NCBI GenBank assembly: GCA_002309695.1
Contig: DBXV01000004.1
Span: forward strand, 36,458-100,457
Reading direction: 5' to 3'
Origin: Myxococcales bacterium UBA1203
Lineage (GTDB): Bacteria; Myxococcota; Myxococcia; Myxococcales; UBA5297
Length of the DNA stretch: 64,000 nt
Part shown: positions 1 to 8,725 of the stretch, in pieces
Layout: each line of letters begins with the position of its first letter
Numbering within the stretch: position 1 is the stretch's first letter
Made by a program: the position numbers and the translations under genes
The notes under the pieces: generated by a model
Seen by the model: the letters and a program-made list of their open reading frames with translations, nothing else
What the model was told of the DNA's origin: nothing
The model's database searches: none

Positions 1-684
1 CGAAAAAGTCAGGCGGAAGGGGTGTCCCTCCTCTGTGTAGCGCCGAATCGCGGGGGCCACGCCCGCCGTGGAAATCGTGATGTTCCGCCCGGAAATCTGC
101 AGGCCGCCCGACTGCGTGAACAGCACCGCCGCCCGAATCACGTTGTCGTAGTTGAGGAAGGGCTCGCCCATGCCCATGAAAACCACGTGGCGCACCGGCA
201 GCTCGGCTTCGTCGCGAATGACGCGGACCTGCTCGACCATCTCCCAGGTTTCGAGATTGCGGGAAAACCCCAGGCGGCCGGTGGAGCAGAAGACGCAGCC
301 CAGAGCGCACCCCACCTGCGAGCTGATGCACACCACGTGCTTTCGTCCGAAGAGGGGAATGCGCACCGCCTCGAAGCAGCCGCCCAGCGGCGACTGAAAC
401 AGGTACTTCACGAACCCGTCCGCGGCCTGCCGCCTGTCCAGAACGCTGAGCTTCCCCCACGGCATGGCGCGAATGAGGTCCAGATGCCGGGGGCTCACCT
501 CGTCCACGCGCGCCGTTCCCTGACCGAGATCTGGTCTGCCCTTGCGATAGACGGCTGAAAACACCTTGCGCGCCTGCAGGCCGCTCAGGCCGATGTTTTC
601 CATCCGCGCCGTGAACTCCCCAAAGGACAAATCATTCAGGGGACGCTCCGTGCCGGCAGCACCTTCCGCGGCGGTGTCAGTCAT
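1..684 (-). CDS. rlmN: 23S rRNA (adenine2503-C2)-methyltransferase RlmN, radical SAM; 3' part runs off the window
   Basis: My translation of the minus strand from ATG 684..682 gives MTDTAAEG...GKLSVLDRRQAADGFVKYLFQ...VCISSQVGCALGCVFCSTGRLGF...VVFMGMGEPFLNYDNV. The CxxxCxxC cluster inside a GCxxxCxFC context and the MGMGEP motif are characteristic of RlmN/Cfr. Not in the ORF track because it is partial. Its ATG overlaps the stop of the upstream anti-sigma gene. Confidence 0.75.
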   Translation of the reverse strand, partial: MTDTAAEGAAGTERPLNDLSFGEFTARMENIGLSGLQARKVFSAVYRKGRPDLGQGTARVDEVSPRHLDLIRAMPWGKLSVLDRRQAADGFVKYLFQSPLGGCFEAVRIPLFGRKHVVCISSQVGCALGCVFCSTGRLGFSRNLETWEMVEQVRVIRDEAELPVRHVVFMGMGEPFLNYDNVIRAAVLFTQSGGLQISGRNITISTAGVAPAIRRYTEEGHPFRLTFS

Positions 685-1012
685 GCCCGTCTTCCGCGGC
701 GGCATCGGCAGCGCACGCGCCCTGAACATGCCCGCGAAGAAAGGCTTCCAGACGTTCGGCTGCCGCCTCGTCTAGGCCTCTGGGCGCCGAGGATTTCAGT
801 GCGGCCGCCACCAGTCCGGGCAGCGCCAGATACTGAGCCAGATATTCCCGGCACGGCGGGCACAGCTTGAAATGGCGGTCCAGCGCCCGGCGCCTGTCCT
901 CGTCCAGCGTCCCGTCGGAGTAGTCCAGCAGGCCAGCAATGACCTCGCGGCATGAAAGCCAGGGCGGAATCCCGGAGCCGCATCTCTTTTTGTCGCTCAC
1001 TTTGTCGCCCAC
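677..1012 (-). CDS. putative zinc-finger (zf-HC2) anti-sigma factor
   Basis: 111 aa; HFKLCPPCREY matches the HxxxCxxC anti-sigma zinc motif. Sits immediately downstream of the ECF sigma gene on the same strand. The track start is GTG, so the true start is uncertain. Confidence 0.55.
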   Translation of the reverse strand: MGDKVSDKKRCGSGIPPWLSCREVIAGLLDYSDGTLDEDRRRALDRHFKLCPPCREYLAQYLALPGLVAAALKSSAPRGLDEAAAERLEAFLRGHVQGACAADAAAEDGHD

Positions 1013-1113
1013 AGCGCATTCCCGAGCTGGCCACCCAGCGTGAAAATCTCAGCCGCGGTCACGTCCCGGGCACTCTGCTGCCGCACAACGAACCGCCCCC
1101 GCATGAACGTGCC

Positions 1114-1785
1114 TCAGATGCGTCCGCCCCCAAGTCGTTTCGGCTTTTTCCCGTAAAAATCGGCAATCGACTCGCGCAGCGCGAGGCGCGCCCGGTGCAG
1201 ACGGCTCTTCACCGCAGGAACAGTCATGCCCAGCGTCGAAGCTATGTCCTCGTAGGAGAACCCGTCATAGTCGCGGAGCAGAAAGACCACCCGGTAGTCG
1301 TCGGTCAGCTTCTCCGTCGCCTCTTCGATGGCCTGAGCCAGCTCCCGGTCCAGAACTTTTTCCTCTGTGCCGCGCGCCCATTCATAGGAGGGCACCGACA
1401 GGAGCGTCCCGTTGCCGTCAAAACGCGGCTCCGGCAGCACTGCGTCCTCCGTCAGCTCGGGCTCCAGCTTCTTCCGGCGCAGGCGCATCAGGGCAAAGTT
1501 GGCGCAAATCCGATGCAGCCAGGAACCGAACGAGGCGTCGCCGCGAAAACCGGGAAGATTCTGCCACGCGGAGAGGAATGTCTCCTGCGTCAGCTCCTCG
1601 GCGTCCCCCGGATTCCGAAGCATGCGCAGCGCGAGGGCATACACGGCCGACCTGTATCTGCGGACCAGCTCTTCAAAGGCCCGGTAGTCCCTCGCTCTGG
1701 CAAGCGCCACGAGGCGCGCCGCTTCCCGCGCCTCGTCCACGTCCTCACGCTGCCCTGCCGCTGCATCTGCCACGTCTGGCCTCAC
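1114..1785 (-). CDS. RNA polymerase ECF (sigma-24) sigma factor
   Basis: 223 aa; sigma-70 region 2 (LVALARARDYRAFEELVRRYRSAVYALALRMLRNPGDAEELTQETFLSAW) and a region 4 helix-turn-helix (YEDIASTLGMTVPAVKSRLHRAR). The track start is GTG with no upstream ATG, so the start is uncertain. Confidence 0.85.
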   Translation of the reverse strand: MRPDVADAAAGQREDVDEAREAARLVALARARDYRAFEELVRRYRSAVYALALRMLRNPGDAEELTQETFLSAWQNLPGFRGDASFGSWLHRICANFALMRLRRKKLEPELTEDAVLPEPRFDGNGTLLSVPSYEWARGTEEKVLDRELAQAIEEATEKLTDDYRVVFLLRDYDGFSYEDIASTLGMTVPAVKSRLHRARLALRESIADFYGKKPKRLGGGRI

Positions 1786-1827
1786 AACAATTGAAACATG
1801 CCGCTCCCAAAAGTCGGGAGGAGGCCG

Positions 1828-3564
1828 TCACCTCAGGGAACTTCGGACCATCTCCGCGTCAGGATGCTTCGGCCACTTGTTCAAAAACTCCCGGTAATAG
1901 TGGCTGGCCAACTCTGTATTTCCCTGAATGGCGTAGCAGGACCCCAGGAACATGACGGCCTGTCCGTAATTGGGATTTTCCCGGAGGAGCTGCCGCAGCA
2001 GCTTGATGGCGGGCTCGGGCGAATCGCACTCCGCGCCCAGATAGCCATCCAGCAGATTCATCTTGTCCGAGGGAATCTCCACGTAGGGATAGCTCTTCTT
2101 TGCCTTCTTCTTCGCCTTGCCGGCGGATGCCGCCGCTGCCCTGGCCGCGGCAGCTGCCCTGCTCTCCTGAACCTTCTCAATTTTCGCGGCCAGCGCTTTG
2201 GCCTGAGGTGCCAGCGCGCTCACCTCGGCGATGTCCGCCAGGCGCTTTTCCGCGTCCTCGAGATTGCCGGCCTCAAAAAATTCCGTCGCCGCCTCAAGGC
2301 TGTCTGCCGCCTCTGCTTCACTCGCCGCCTTTTCCTGAAGCTCTTCCGCGCCGGGCATCTTCAGCTCGACGGCCCGGGTGAGCTCCTGAACGGCTTCGGC
2401 AAATTTCCCCTCTTCGAGAAGGGCCTTCCCCTTCCGCATCGCCTCCAGCCCCTCTGCGTCGGACGCATTCCGGGCGGGCGCTCTGGGCGCCGGAGCCCGG
2501 GACGCGTCGGCCGCAGCGGACGAAGCGGAGGAAGCAGCAGGCACATCGGCAGAAGCTGCAGGTGCTGCAGATGACGCGGCCGCCGCGGGAGCAGGTCTTT
2601 CCGCCGAAGGTTCATCTGCGGCGGGAGGCTGCACCTCAGGCGCGGGAGAAGCCGGCGCGGCAGCAGGCGGCAGCGGCGGTGGAATGTAAACCACGGGCTC
2701 AGGGGGAGGTGCCTTCCGGCCGAACGCCAGAAAGACAATCACGCCGAGGAGAGCGGCAAATCCAACAGCGCCGCCGATGATGGCGCTCTTGGGAAGTCCG
2801 CGGCCCGCGGCAGCCCCCATGCCCGCACCCGGCATAAAGAAGCAGAGCTTCACCTTGCCGGCCATGATGGTGTCGCCCGACGCCAGCGAGGACACCTCAT
2901 AGCGCTCGCCATTGACCTCGATGCCGTTGGCAGAGCCCAGGTCGATAATTTTCCATTCGCCGTTGGGCAGGCGGACGAATTTGCAGTGCTTCCGCGAGAG
3001 GCTTCGGTGGTCGATGGAAATGTCGTTCTCGAAGTCGCGGCCTAGGGTCAGAACGGTGCGGATGAAGGCGAATTCCTTGCCCTTGCTGTCGCCCGACTGA
3101 ACGACGAGGCGCGGCGCGCTCTCAATGGGAAGGTCATAGGAGGGGATGGTGTCGTAGGCCGTCGGATCATCGAGGCTGATAATCGACGTGGACATCCTCT
3201 GAGAGGGAACGTTCCCGAGGGGCGTGGGCGGCGCTTCCAGGTCGTGGGCGGCGGCAGGGACGCTGTCATCCGCATCCTTTTCGAGGACCAGCTCGTAATC
3301 GCCGATGCCGATGATGTCCCCGGGAGCGACAGAGACCTGCCCCTGAATCTGCCTCCCGTTCAGTGTGACGCCGCCGTAGCTGTGCTGGTCCTCCAGAAGG
3401 AACTGGCCGCCGGTGCGCGTCAGCTTCGCATGAGTTCGGGAGACGTTTCGCTCGGTCAGGCGGATGGCGTTGTCTTCCTGACGCCCAATCGTGAAGACCT
3501 TGTCCGCTGTCCCCAAAGGAATGCTGGTCTTCCGGCCTTCGTCGTCCTCGATAATCAGCTTCAT
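1828..3564 (-). CDS. FHA-domain membrane protein: two FHA domains, one TM helix, Pro-rich linker, C-terminal TPR-like repeats
   Basis: Long ORF; I place the start at ATG 3564..3562 (MKLIIEDDEGRK), preceded by a GGAGGA RBS. Two forkhead-associated (FHA) cores (TIGRQEDNAIRL...VSRTHAKL and LTLGRDFENDISI...LSRKHCKF), a hydrophobic helix (AIIGGAVGFAALLGVIVFLAF), a PPLPP-rich stretch, then helical TPR-like repeats (GNTELASHYYREFLNKWPKHPDAE). Confidence 0.8.
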   Translation of the reverse strand: MKLIIEDDEGRKTSIPLGTADKVFTIGRQEDNAIRLTERNVSRTHAKLTRTGGQFLLEDQHSYGGVTLNGRQIQGQVSVAPGDIIGIGDYELVLEKDADDSVPAAAHDLEAPPTPLGNVPSQRMSTSIISLDDPTAYDTIPSYDLPIESAPRLVVQSGDSKGKEFAFIRTVLTLGRDFENDISIDHRSLSRKHCKFVRLPNGEWKIIDLGSANGIEVNGERYEVSSLASGDTIMAGKVKLCFFMPGAGMGAAAGRGLPKSAIIGGAVGFAALLGVIVFLAFGRKAPPPEPVVYIPPPLPPAAAPASPAPEVQPPAADEPSAERPAPAAAASSAAPAASADVPAASSASSAAADASRAPAPRAPARNASDAEGLEAMRKGKALLEEGKFAEAVQELTRAVELKMPGAEELQEKAASEAEAADSLEAATEFFEAGNLEDAEKRLADIAEVSALAPQAKALAAKIEKVQESRAAAAARAAAASAGKAKKKAKKSYPYVEIPSDKMNLLDGYLGAECDSPEPAIKLLRQLLRENPNYGQAVMFLGSCYAIQGNTELASHYYREFLNKWPKHPDAEMVRSSLR

Positions 3565-3909
3565 CCGTCCTCCGCTGCGGAGCTTTTCTGTCGGCGGCCC
3601 GCGCGTCCCGGCTGGCCCGGGACGAATGATCTCAGCGGTGCGGCGCCCGAAAAAAAGCGGCCTTTTGGCACGCAGCCGGATGGCTCTCAAGAAATCTCAG
3701 GGGGACACCCACACGGAAATTCCTGCCGGAAATTTCAGAGTGAAAAAGACGCACGCGGCGCCTTTCCGGCATCCTGTCATGTCCGTCCACCGCCATCGCT
3801 CCCCTCGGCGAAATTCCCCCAAAAAAATCTGAAATAATTTCTTGACTCTGCCTTGGAAAACGACTAAAAGGCCGCTCCGTTGTTGACGCGGCCTCCATCA
3901 AAGCCGTCA

Positions 3910-3985
3910 GGGCGGGTAGCTCAGTTGGTCAGAGCACTGGCCTTACAAGCCGGGGGTCACAGGTTCGAGACCTGTTCCGCCCACA
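3910..3985 (+). tRNA. tRNA-Val (anticodon TAC)
   Basis: GGGCGGGTAGCTCAGTTGGTCAGAGCACTGGCCTTACAAGCCGGGGGTCACAGGTTCGAGACCTGTTCCGCCCA. Cloverleaf folds by eye: 7-bp acceptor stem, D-arm GCTCAGTTGG, anticodon loop CTTACAA, T-loop GGTTCGAGACC. CCA is not encoded. Confidence 0.85.
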
Positions 3986-4007
3986 ACAAAGCAGCACCGC
4001 AGCATCT

Positions 4008-4084
4008 GGGACGGTAGTTAAGTTGGTTATAACGTCGGCCTGTCACGCCGAAGGGCGCGGGTTCGAGTCCCGTCCGTCCCGCTT
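4008..4084 (+). tRNA. tRNA-Asp (anticodon GTC)
   Basis: GGGACGGTAGTTAAGTTGGTTATAACGTCGGCCTGTCACGCCGAAGGGCGCGGGTTCGAGTCCCGTCCGTCCCG. Acceptor stem GGGACGG/CCGTCCC, anticodon loop CTGTCAC. Confidence 0.85.
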
Positions 4085-4086
4085 AA

Positions 4087-4120
4087 AAAGCCGGAAATCG
4101 AAAGGTTTCCGGCTTTTTTT
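4087..4120 (+). terminator. rho-independent terminator after the tRNA pair
   Basis: aagccggaaatcgaaaggtttccggcttttttt: perfect hairpin followed by a T-run. Confidence 0.7.
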
Positions 4121-4217
4121 GTGTCCGAAGCCCGCCGGAAGTCCGCGCCTCCAATCCGACAGGCACCTCCTCCCGCCTGACCGAACGGACCGAACGCCTA
4201 TAAATCCCATAAATAAA

Positions 4218-4262
4218 AAAGGCGGGCTTCCCCATTCTCGGAAGTCCGCCCTTCAAGCTCTT
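4218..4262 (-). terminator. rho-independent terminator for the lipoprotein gene below
   Basis: On the minus strand: gaagggcggacttccgagaatggggaagcccgccttttttatttatg. GC-rich hairpin plus U-run just past the stop at 4284. Confidence 0.6.
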
Positions 4263-4283
4263 CAGCTGCTGTGCTGGTGCGCC

Positions 4284-4922
4284 TTAGTTGGGGTTGGCCG
4301 CGGGTGCATCAGCTGTCGGTGTCGGGGCTGGTGCATCCTGAGATGCAGCGGGAGCCGCCGACTCAGGCTCGCGGATCTCCACCTCATACCATTTGGCGTC
4401 CTCGACCTGGCTCTTGCCGAAAGTGAAGGCGACGCTGGAGGCAAAGTCCGCCTCCCACTTCACCGACTTCTTGGCGCGCCCGATTTCCTCGTCTGCGGCG
4501 TTGAAGAGCTTGGCTGTGAACTCCACCTCGGCGGCGTCAAACTTCTCGGGCCCGACGATGTACACCGTCAGTTTTTCCATGACACTGTTGATGTCCGCAG
4601 TCGTCACCTTGAAGCCCTTCTCAGCCATGCGCTTGCCGAGGCGAATCTTCTGAAGAGCCGTCTTGTCGTCCCGGAAGTCCTCCGTGAGGCCGGTGGCCGT
4701 CCCCTTCACCGTGCCGCTCATGGCGCCGCCAATCGCCTCGCCGACGGTCTTGCCCACCTTGTGGCTGAGACTCTCGGTTTTGGCTGGCGCGCCGTCCTTC
4801 TGCTCCGCCTTTTTGGAGTCACCGCCCAAAAATCCGCAGGCGGGAAGCGCGGAGAGAGCGCTCAGGGCGAACGCGGTGACCAAACTTCTGAACAGACGAC
4901 GGGGTTCGGATGAATTTTTCAT
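4284..4922 (-). CDS. hypothetical lipoprotein
   Basis: I place the start at ATG 4922..4920 (MKNSSEPRRLFRSLVTAFALSALSALPACG...): positive n-region, hydrophobic core, lipobox LPAC. Ala/Pro-rich C-terminus. No recognisable family. Confidence 0.65.
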   Translation of the reverse strand: MKNSSEPRRLFRSLVTAFALSALSALPACGFLGGDSKKAEQKDGAPAKTESLSHKVGKTVGEAIGGAMSGTVKGTATGLTEDFRDDKTALQKIRLGKRMAEKGFKVTTADINSVMEKLTVYIVGPEKFDAAEVEFTAKLFNAADEEIGRAKKSVKWEADFASSVAFTFGKSQVEDAKWYEVEIREPESAAPAASQDAPAPTPTADAPAANPN

Positions 4923-5000
4923 TCGAGAAACCTCTCTCTCAGTGTGTGTGCATTGATTCGCCAGCGGAGCATGCCCCGCTGACGTCATCTGGCGGGTGCA

Positions 5001-6569
5001 TCAGGGCAGGCTGTCGATTTCCTCAAGGCTTCCCAGCCCCAGTTTGTCGGCCCGCAGCGCGGCGACGATGATTTCAATCTCGAAGTCCTGACGCCGGTCA
5101 TCCACCGTCATGGGAACAAGAGCGCGGACGGCGTCGTAAACGCGGCGGTTGCCCTCGGAGACGCCATTCAGTCCGTGCAGATCTAGGGCCTGGCAGGCGC
5201 CGAGCAGCGTGATGGCCAGCGTGCGCTCCGTGAGCTCGATGACGCGCAGTGCGTCGCGCGCGGCAATCGTCCCCATCGAGACCTTGTCCTGGTTGTGGCA
5301 CTCGGTGGAGCGGCTGAAAACGCTGGCAGGCATGGTCAGCTTCAGCGCCTCGGCGGTCAGGGCGCTCGCCGAAATCTGCATGGCCTTGAAGCCGTGGTGC
5401 GCATGCGCCTCGGGGCCGGTCTTGCCGAGCAGATTCGCGGGCAGGCCGTTGTTGAACGACTCGTTGCACATGAGCGCCAGCTGGCGGTCGGCGAGGTCGG
5501 ACAGATTCGCCACCGCGTTTTTGAGGCCGTCCATCGCGAAGCAGGCATGGCCGCCGTAGAAATTGCCGCTGTGCAGCACGTCGCCCGTCTCCGGGTCGAT
5601 GAGCGGGTTGTCGTTCACGCCGTTCAGCTCAACTTCGAGGAAGCGGCGAATCCAGGGCAGCGCGTCGAGGAGCACGCCGATCACGTGGGGCGCGCAGCGA
5701 ATCGAGTAGCGGTCCTGCACGCGCTTGGGATGCACGCATGTGTCCTTGTTGTAGGCGAGCTGCTCGGCAATCCATCGGGCCGCGAGGCGTTGTCCTGGAT
5801 GGGGCTTGAGGGCAAAAATGCGGTCGTCGAAGTGAGCCGCCTCGCCGCCCATGGCCGCACTGGCGAGCGCCGTAATCGCGCAGGCCATTTTTGCGAGACG
5901 ACGTGCGCGGTCAAAAGCAATGCAGCCCAGGGCCGTCATCACGCTCGTGCCGTTCATAATGGCGAGACCCTCTTTGGGCGCGAGGTGAATCGTCTCGATG
6001 CCGGCCTTCTTCATCGCCTCGGCAGAGGGCATCACCTTCCCGTCCAGCATGGCCTCGCGCTCGCCGATGAGCACAGCGGCTACATAGGAAAGAGGGGTCA
6101 GGTCGCCGCTCGCGCCCACCGAGCCCTCCTCGGGGATGCAGGGCAGGACGCGGGCGTTGAGGATGTCGCAGAGCTTTTCGAGCATCACGCGGCGCACGCC
6201 GGAATAGCCGCGTCCCAGCGCAGCCAGCCGCACGGCCAGCACCGCCGCCGCTTCGTACTCGCCCAGAATCCGCCCCGTGCCGCAGCCGTGGTAGCGCACG
6301 AGATTGTGCGGAAGTTCCTTCGCGAGCTCCGGCGAGAGCTTGTTCACGCAGCTGTCGCCCAGGCCGGTGCTGACGCCGTAAATCGTGAATCCGCCCGCCA
6401 GCTTCACGTTGAGCGCGTGGGAGCTCTTCTCAATCCGCCCGCTGAGCGCCGGGGAGGCGTCCAGCTCGATGCGGGTCTTGCCCCTGGCCAGGCCAAGGAT
6501 GTCCTCAATGGAGAGCGGCTTCTCGCCGACGCTGATGGTTTTGCGCTTGTCGTTCTTCAGATCGTTCAT
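5001..6569 (-). CDS. MIO-dependent aromatic amino acid ammonia-lyase family protein (histidine/phenylalanine/tyrosine ammonia-lyase fold)
   Basis: 522 aa; GSVGASGDLTPLSY contains the Ala-Ser-Gly triad that forms the MIO prosthetic group, and YGVSTGLG matches the HAL/PAL family N-domain. Substrate cannot be assigned by eye: the selectivity position reads YH, not the classic SH of HutH. Confidence 0.85.
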   Translation of the reverse strand: MNDLKNDKRKTISVGEKPLSIEDILGLARGKTRIELDASPALSGRIEKSSHALNVKLAGGFTIYGVSTGLGDSCVNKLSPELAKELPHNLVRYHGCGTGRILGEYEAAAVLAVRLAALGRGYSGVRRVMLEKLCDILNARVLPCIPEEGSVGASGDLTPLSYVAAVLIGEREAMLDGKVMPSAEAMKKAGIETIHLAPKEGLAIMNGTSVMTALGCIAFDRARRLAKMACAITALASAAMGGEAAHFDDRIFALKPHPGQRLAARWIAEQLAYNKDTCVHPKRVQDRYSIRCAPHVIGVLLDALPWIRRFLEVELNGVNDNPLIDPETGDVLHSGNFYGGHACFAMDGLKNAVANLSDLADRQLALMCNESFNNGLPANLLGKTGPEAHAHHGFKAMQISASALTAEALKLTMPASVFSRSTECHNQDKVSMGTIAARDALRVIELTERTLAITLLGACQALDLHGLNGVSEGNRRVYDAVRALVPMTVDDRRQDFEIEIIVAALRADKLGLGSLEEIDSLP

Positions 6570-6825
6570 GTCGAAATGTGCCCTGTTCGCAAAAGGAATC
6601 CCACGAGGGCGGGCCGGACGCTCCAGACAAAGCCGCGCCGGTCAGCCCGGACTGTTTTTCTCGTTTTCCCCGGATTTCCGCCTGCCTCTCCCGGGCGCGG
6701 ACAGAAACAGCCGCCGGAAAAACGGGGGGCCCTTTAGCCGCTGGGACGCGAATGGGAATCAGCGAAAAACAAAAGATTTCCCGCACGAACCTCACATGCC
6801 CCACCTGCCCCAGGGACACCGGCCG

Positions 6826-7215
6826 TCAGCCGAAAAGCCAGATCATCAAGAGGGTGGCGGCACAGATGACCACAGCCAGAACGACAAACTCGTTGCCCTC
6901 CAGCCACGGCTTGGGCGCGGCAGCCTTGAGCTCGGGCATCACTCCGGCCTTGCGCCAGATGTCAGTCCCGGCGCGCCTCACGTCGTCCTCCGGCTCCAGA
7001 AATCCCAGATGATAGAGCTTTTGCAGCTCGGCCATGTCCGCCACGCCCATCTCCCGGCCCGAGGACCGAATGTAAAAGCGAAAGGCGGGCGTCTGCGGGT
7101 TTTGGACTGAGCTGCTGCCGGAAGTGCCCTCCGCCGGCCCCGCTTCACTCACGCGCGGCACAGCCTCGCCATCCGGGCCGTTTCCGACGTTTTCAGTTCG
7201 TTCCGCTTCCTCCAT
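6826..7215 (-). CDS. DUF4339-like (GYF-like) domain protein with C-terminal TM anchor
   Basis: 129 aa; AAGGAG RBS 7 nt upstream of ATG 7215. FRFYIRSSGREMGVADMAELQKLYHLGFLEPEDDVRRAGTDIWRKAG resembles the DUF4339 consensus. C-terminal hydrophobic helix FVVLAVVICAATLLMIWLFG. Confidence 0.55.
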   Translation of the reverse strand: MEEAERTENVGNGPDGEAVPRVSEAGPAEGTSGSSSVQNPQTPAFRFYIRSSGREMGVADMAELQKLYHLGFLEPEDDVRRAGTDIWRKAGVMPELKAAAPKPWLEGNEFVVLAVVICAATLLMIWLFG

Positions 7216-7503
7216 GCCGCGCTCCTTCAGGGCCGGCGCCTTTTGCCCGACCGGAGCAGCGCTTATTCACAAACGTCGGCCCGATGAAAACGGCTTTTCC
7301 GGACCTGCTCTGACGCCGCTTTTCGCCGCGCATCCCGGCCCAAATTCGGGGGTCAATCCGCCCGGAAACGCATTGACTGACAGAGGCCTGGCGACTAAGG
7401 GGCGCCGCCTTTTTTGGGAGCGGCGCCATTCGGTGTCCGCTCCTTTTTTCGGAGCGCCCGAAAAACCGGGCCTCACCCCAAACCAGAAGCGAGGAAACAC
7501 CGC

Positions 7504-8583
7504 ATGGCTAAGTTTGCGATCAATGGTTTCGGCCGCATCGGCCGCAACATCGTCCGCGCCATCTATGAGCGCGGTCTTGAGAAGGAAATCGACATCGTTG
7601 CCATCAACGACCTGACGGACGCCAAGACGCTGGCCTACCTGCTCAAGCACGACAGCATCCATGGCACCTTCAAGGGCGACATCACCTATGAGAACGCCGA
7701 GAAGGACGCCGACGGCAAGATCGTCAAGAACGGCTCCATCACCATCAACGGCAAGAAGATTGTGATTCTGAGCCTCCGCGATCCCGTCTATCCCTGGAAG
7801 GAACTGGGCGTGGACATCGTCTTCGAGTGCACCGGCATCTTCTGCAAGAAGCCCGGCGCGGCCAACGTCCACCTCGATCGCGGCGCCAAGAAGGTCATCA
7901 TCAGCGCTCCTGCCAAGGGCCCGGACAAGACCATCGTCATGGGCGTCAATGACAAGGAGTACGACAAGGCCAAGCATCACGTCATCTCCAACGCCTCCTG
8001 CACGACCAACTGCCTGGCCCCCATGGCCAAGGTGCTGCTGAACAAATTCGGCATCGTGAAGGGCCTGATGACCACGATTCACTCCTACACGAACGACCAG
8101 CGCATCCTCGACCTGCCCCACAGCGACCTGCGCCGCGCCCGTGCGGCCGCTCTGTCGATGATTCCGACGACCACCGGCGCCGCCAAGGCTGTTGGTGAGG
8201 TTCTGCCGGTGCTCAAGGGCAAGCTGGACGGTCTCGCGATCCGCGTTCCGACCCCCAACGTCTCCGTCGTCGACCTGACCGTCGAGCTGGAGAAGGAAGT
8301 CTCCGTCAAGGAAGTCAACGCCGCCATGAAGGCCGCCGCTGAGGGCGAGCTCAAGGGCATCCTCAACTACTCGGAAGAGATGACCGTCTCCACCGACTAC
8401 AACGACTGCCCCGCCTCCAGCACCTTCGACGCCCTCGACACCTACGTCATCGCCGACCGCGTTGATGATAAGGGCGAGAAATACGGCAAGATGGTCAAGG
8501 TCATGTCCTGGTACGACAACGAGTACGGTTACTCCAATCGCATGATCGACCTGGGCAAGATGATCGCCGACAAGGGCTTCTGA
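7504..8583 (+). CDS. gap: glyceraldehyde-3-phosphate dehydrogenase, type I
   Basis: Start at ATG 7504 ([19 protein letters not shown]) with a GAGGAA RBS. NAD-binding GFGRIGR motif, catalytic [21 protein letters not shown] near the C-terminus. Confidence 0.95.
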   Translation: MAKFAINGFGRIGRNIVRAIYERGLEKEIDIVAINDLTDAKTLAYLLKHDSIHGTFKGDITYENAEKDADGKIVKNGSITINGKKIVILSLRDPVYPWKELGVDIVFECTGIFCKKPGAANVHLDRGAKKVIISAPAKGPDKTIVMGVNDKEYDKAKHHVISNASCTTNCLAPMAKVLLNKFGIVKGLMTTIHSYTNDQRILDLPHSDLRRARAAALSMIPTTTGAAKAVGEVLPVLKGKLDGLAIRVPTPNVSVVDLTVELEKEVSVKEVNAAMKAAAEGELKGILNYSEEMTVSTDYNDCPASSTFDALDTYVIADRVDDKGEKYGKMVKVMSWYDNEYGYSNRMIDLGKMIADKGF

Positions 8584-8618
8584 GCTTCAAAGCGCCGTTG
8601 AAGGCGCTGACGCCTGCA

Positions 8619-8662
8619 AAGGCCCGCTCCTCTCGACAAAAGATGGGCGGGCCTTTTTTGCT
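8619..8662 (+). terminator. rho-independent terminator after gap
   Basis: ggcccgctcctctcgacaaaagatgggcgggccttttttg: 7-bp GC stem plus T-run, preceded by a smaller hairpin gcgccgttgaaggcgc. Confidence 0.65.
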
Positions 8663-8725
8663 TTTCAAAAGCCCCGGCCCCCGCGCCCCGCTTCTTCATC
8701 TTCCAGCCACTTCAGGACCAGTCCC

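Noticed and set aside
22-558. 178-aa plus-strand ORF at the window start
   Set aside because: Antisense to rlmN, which is identified by its CxxxCxxC and MGMGEP motifs on the minus strand.
1837-1860. GGAAC-N15-CGTC, an ECF-sigma-type promoter-like motif on the plus strand
   Set aside because: It points rightward, into the antisense of the FHA gene's 3' end, with no plus-strand gene for 2 kb. Most likely a chance match in GC-rich DNA. The sigma gene is on the minus strand.
5295-6737. 480-aa plus-strand ORF overlapping the ammonia-lyase gene
   Set aside because: Antisense to a confidently identified HAL-family gene. Arg/Ala/Gly-rich translation typical of GC-rich shadow frames.
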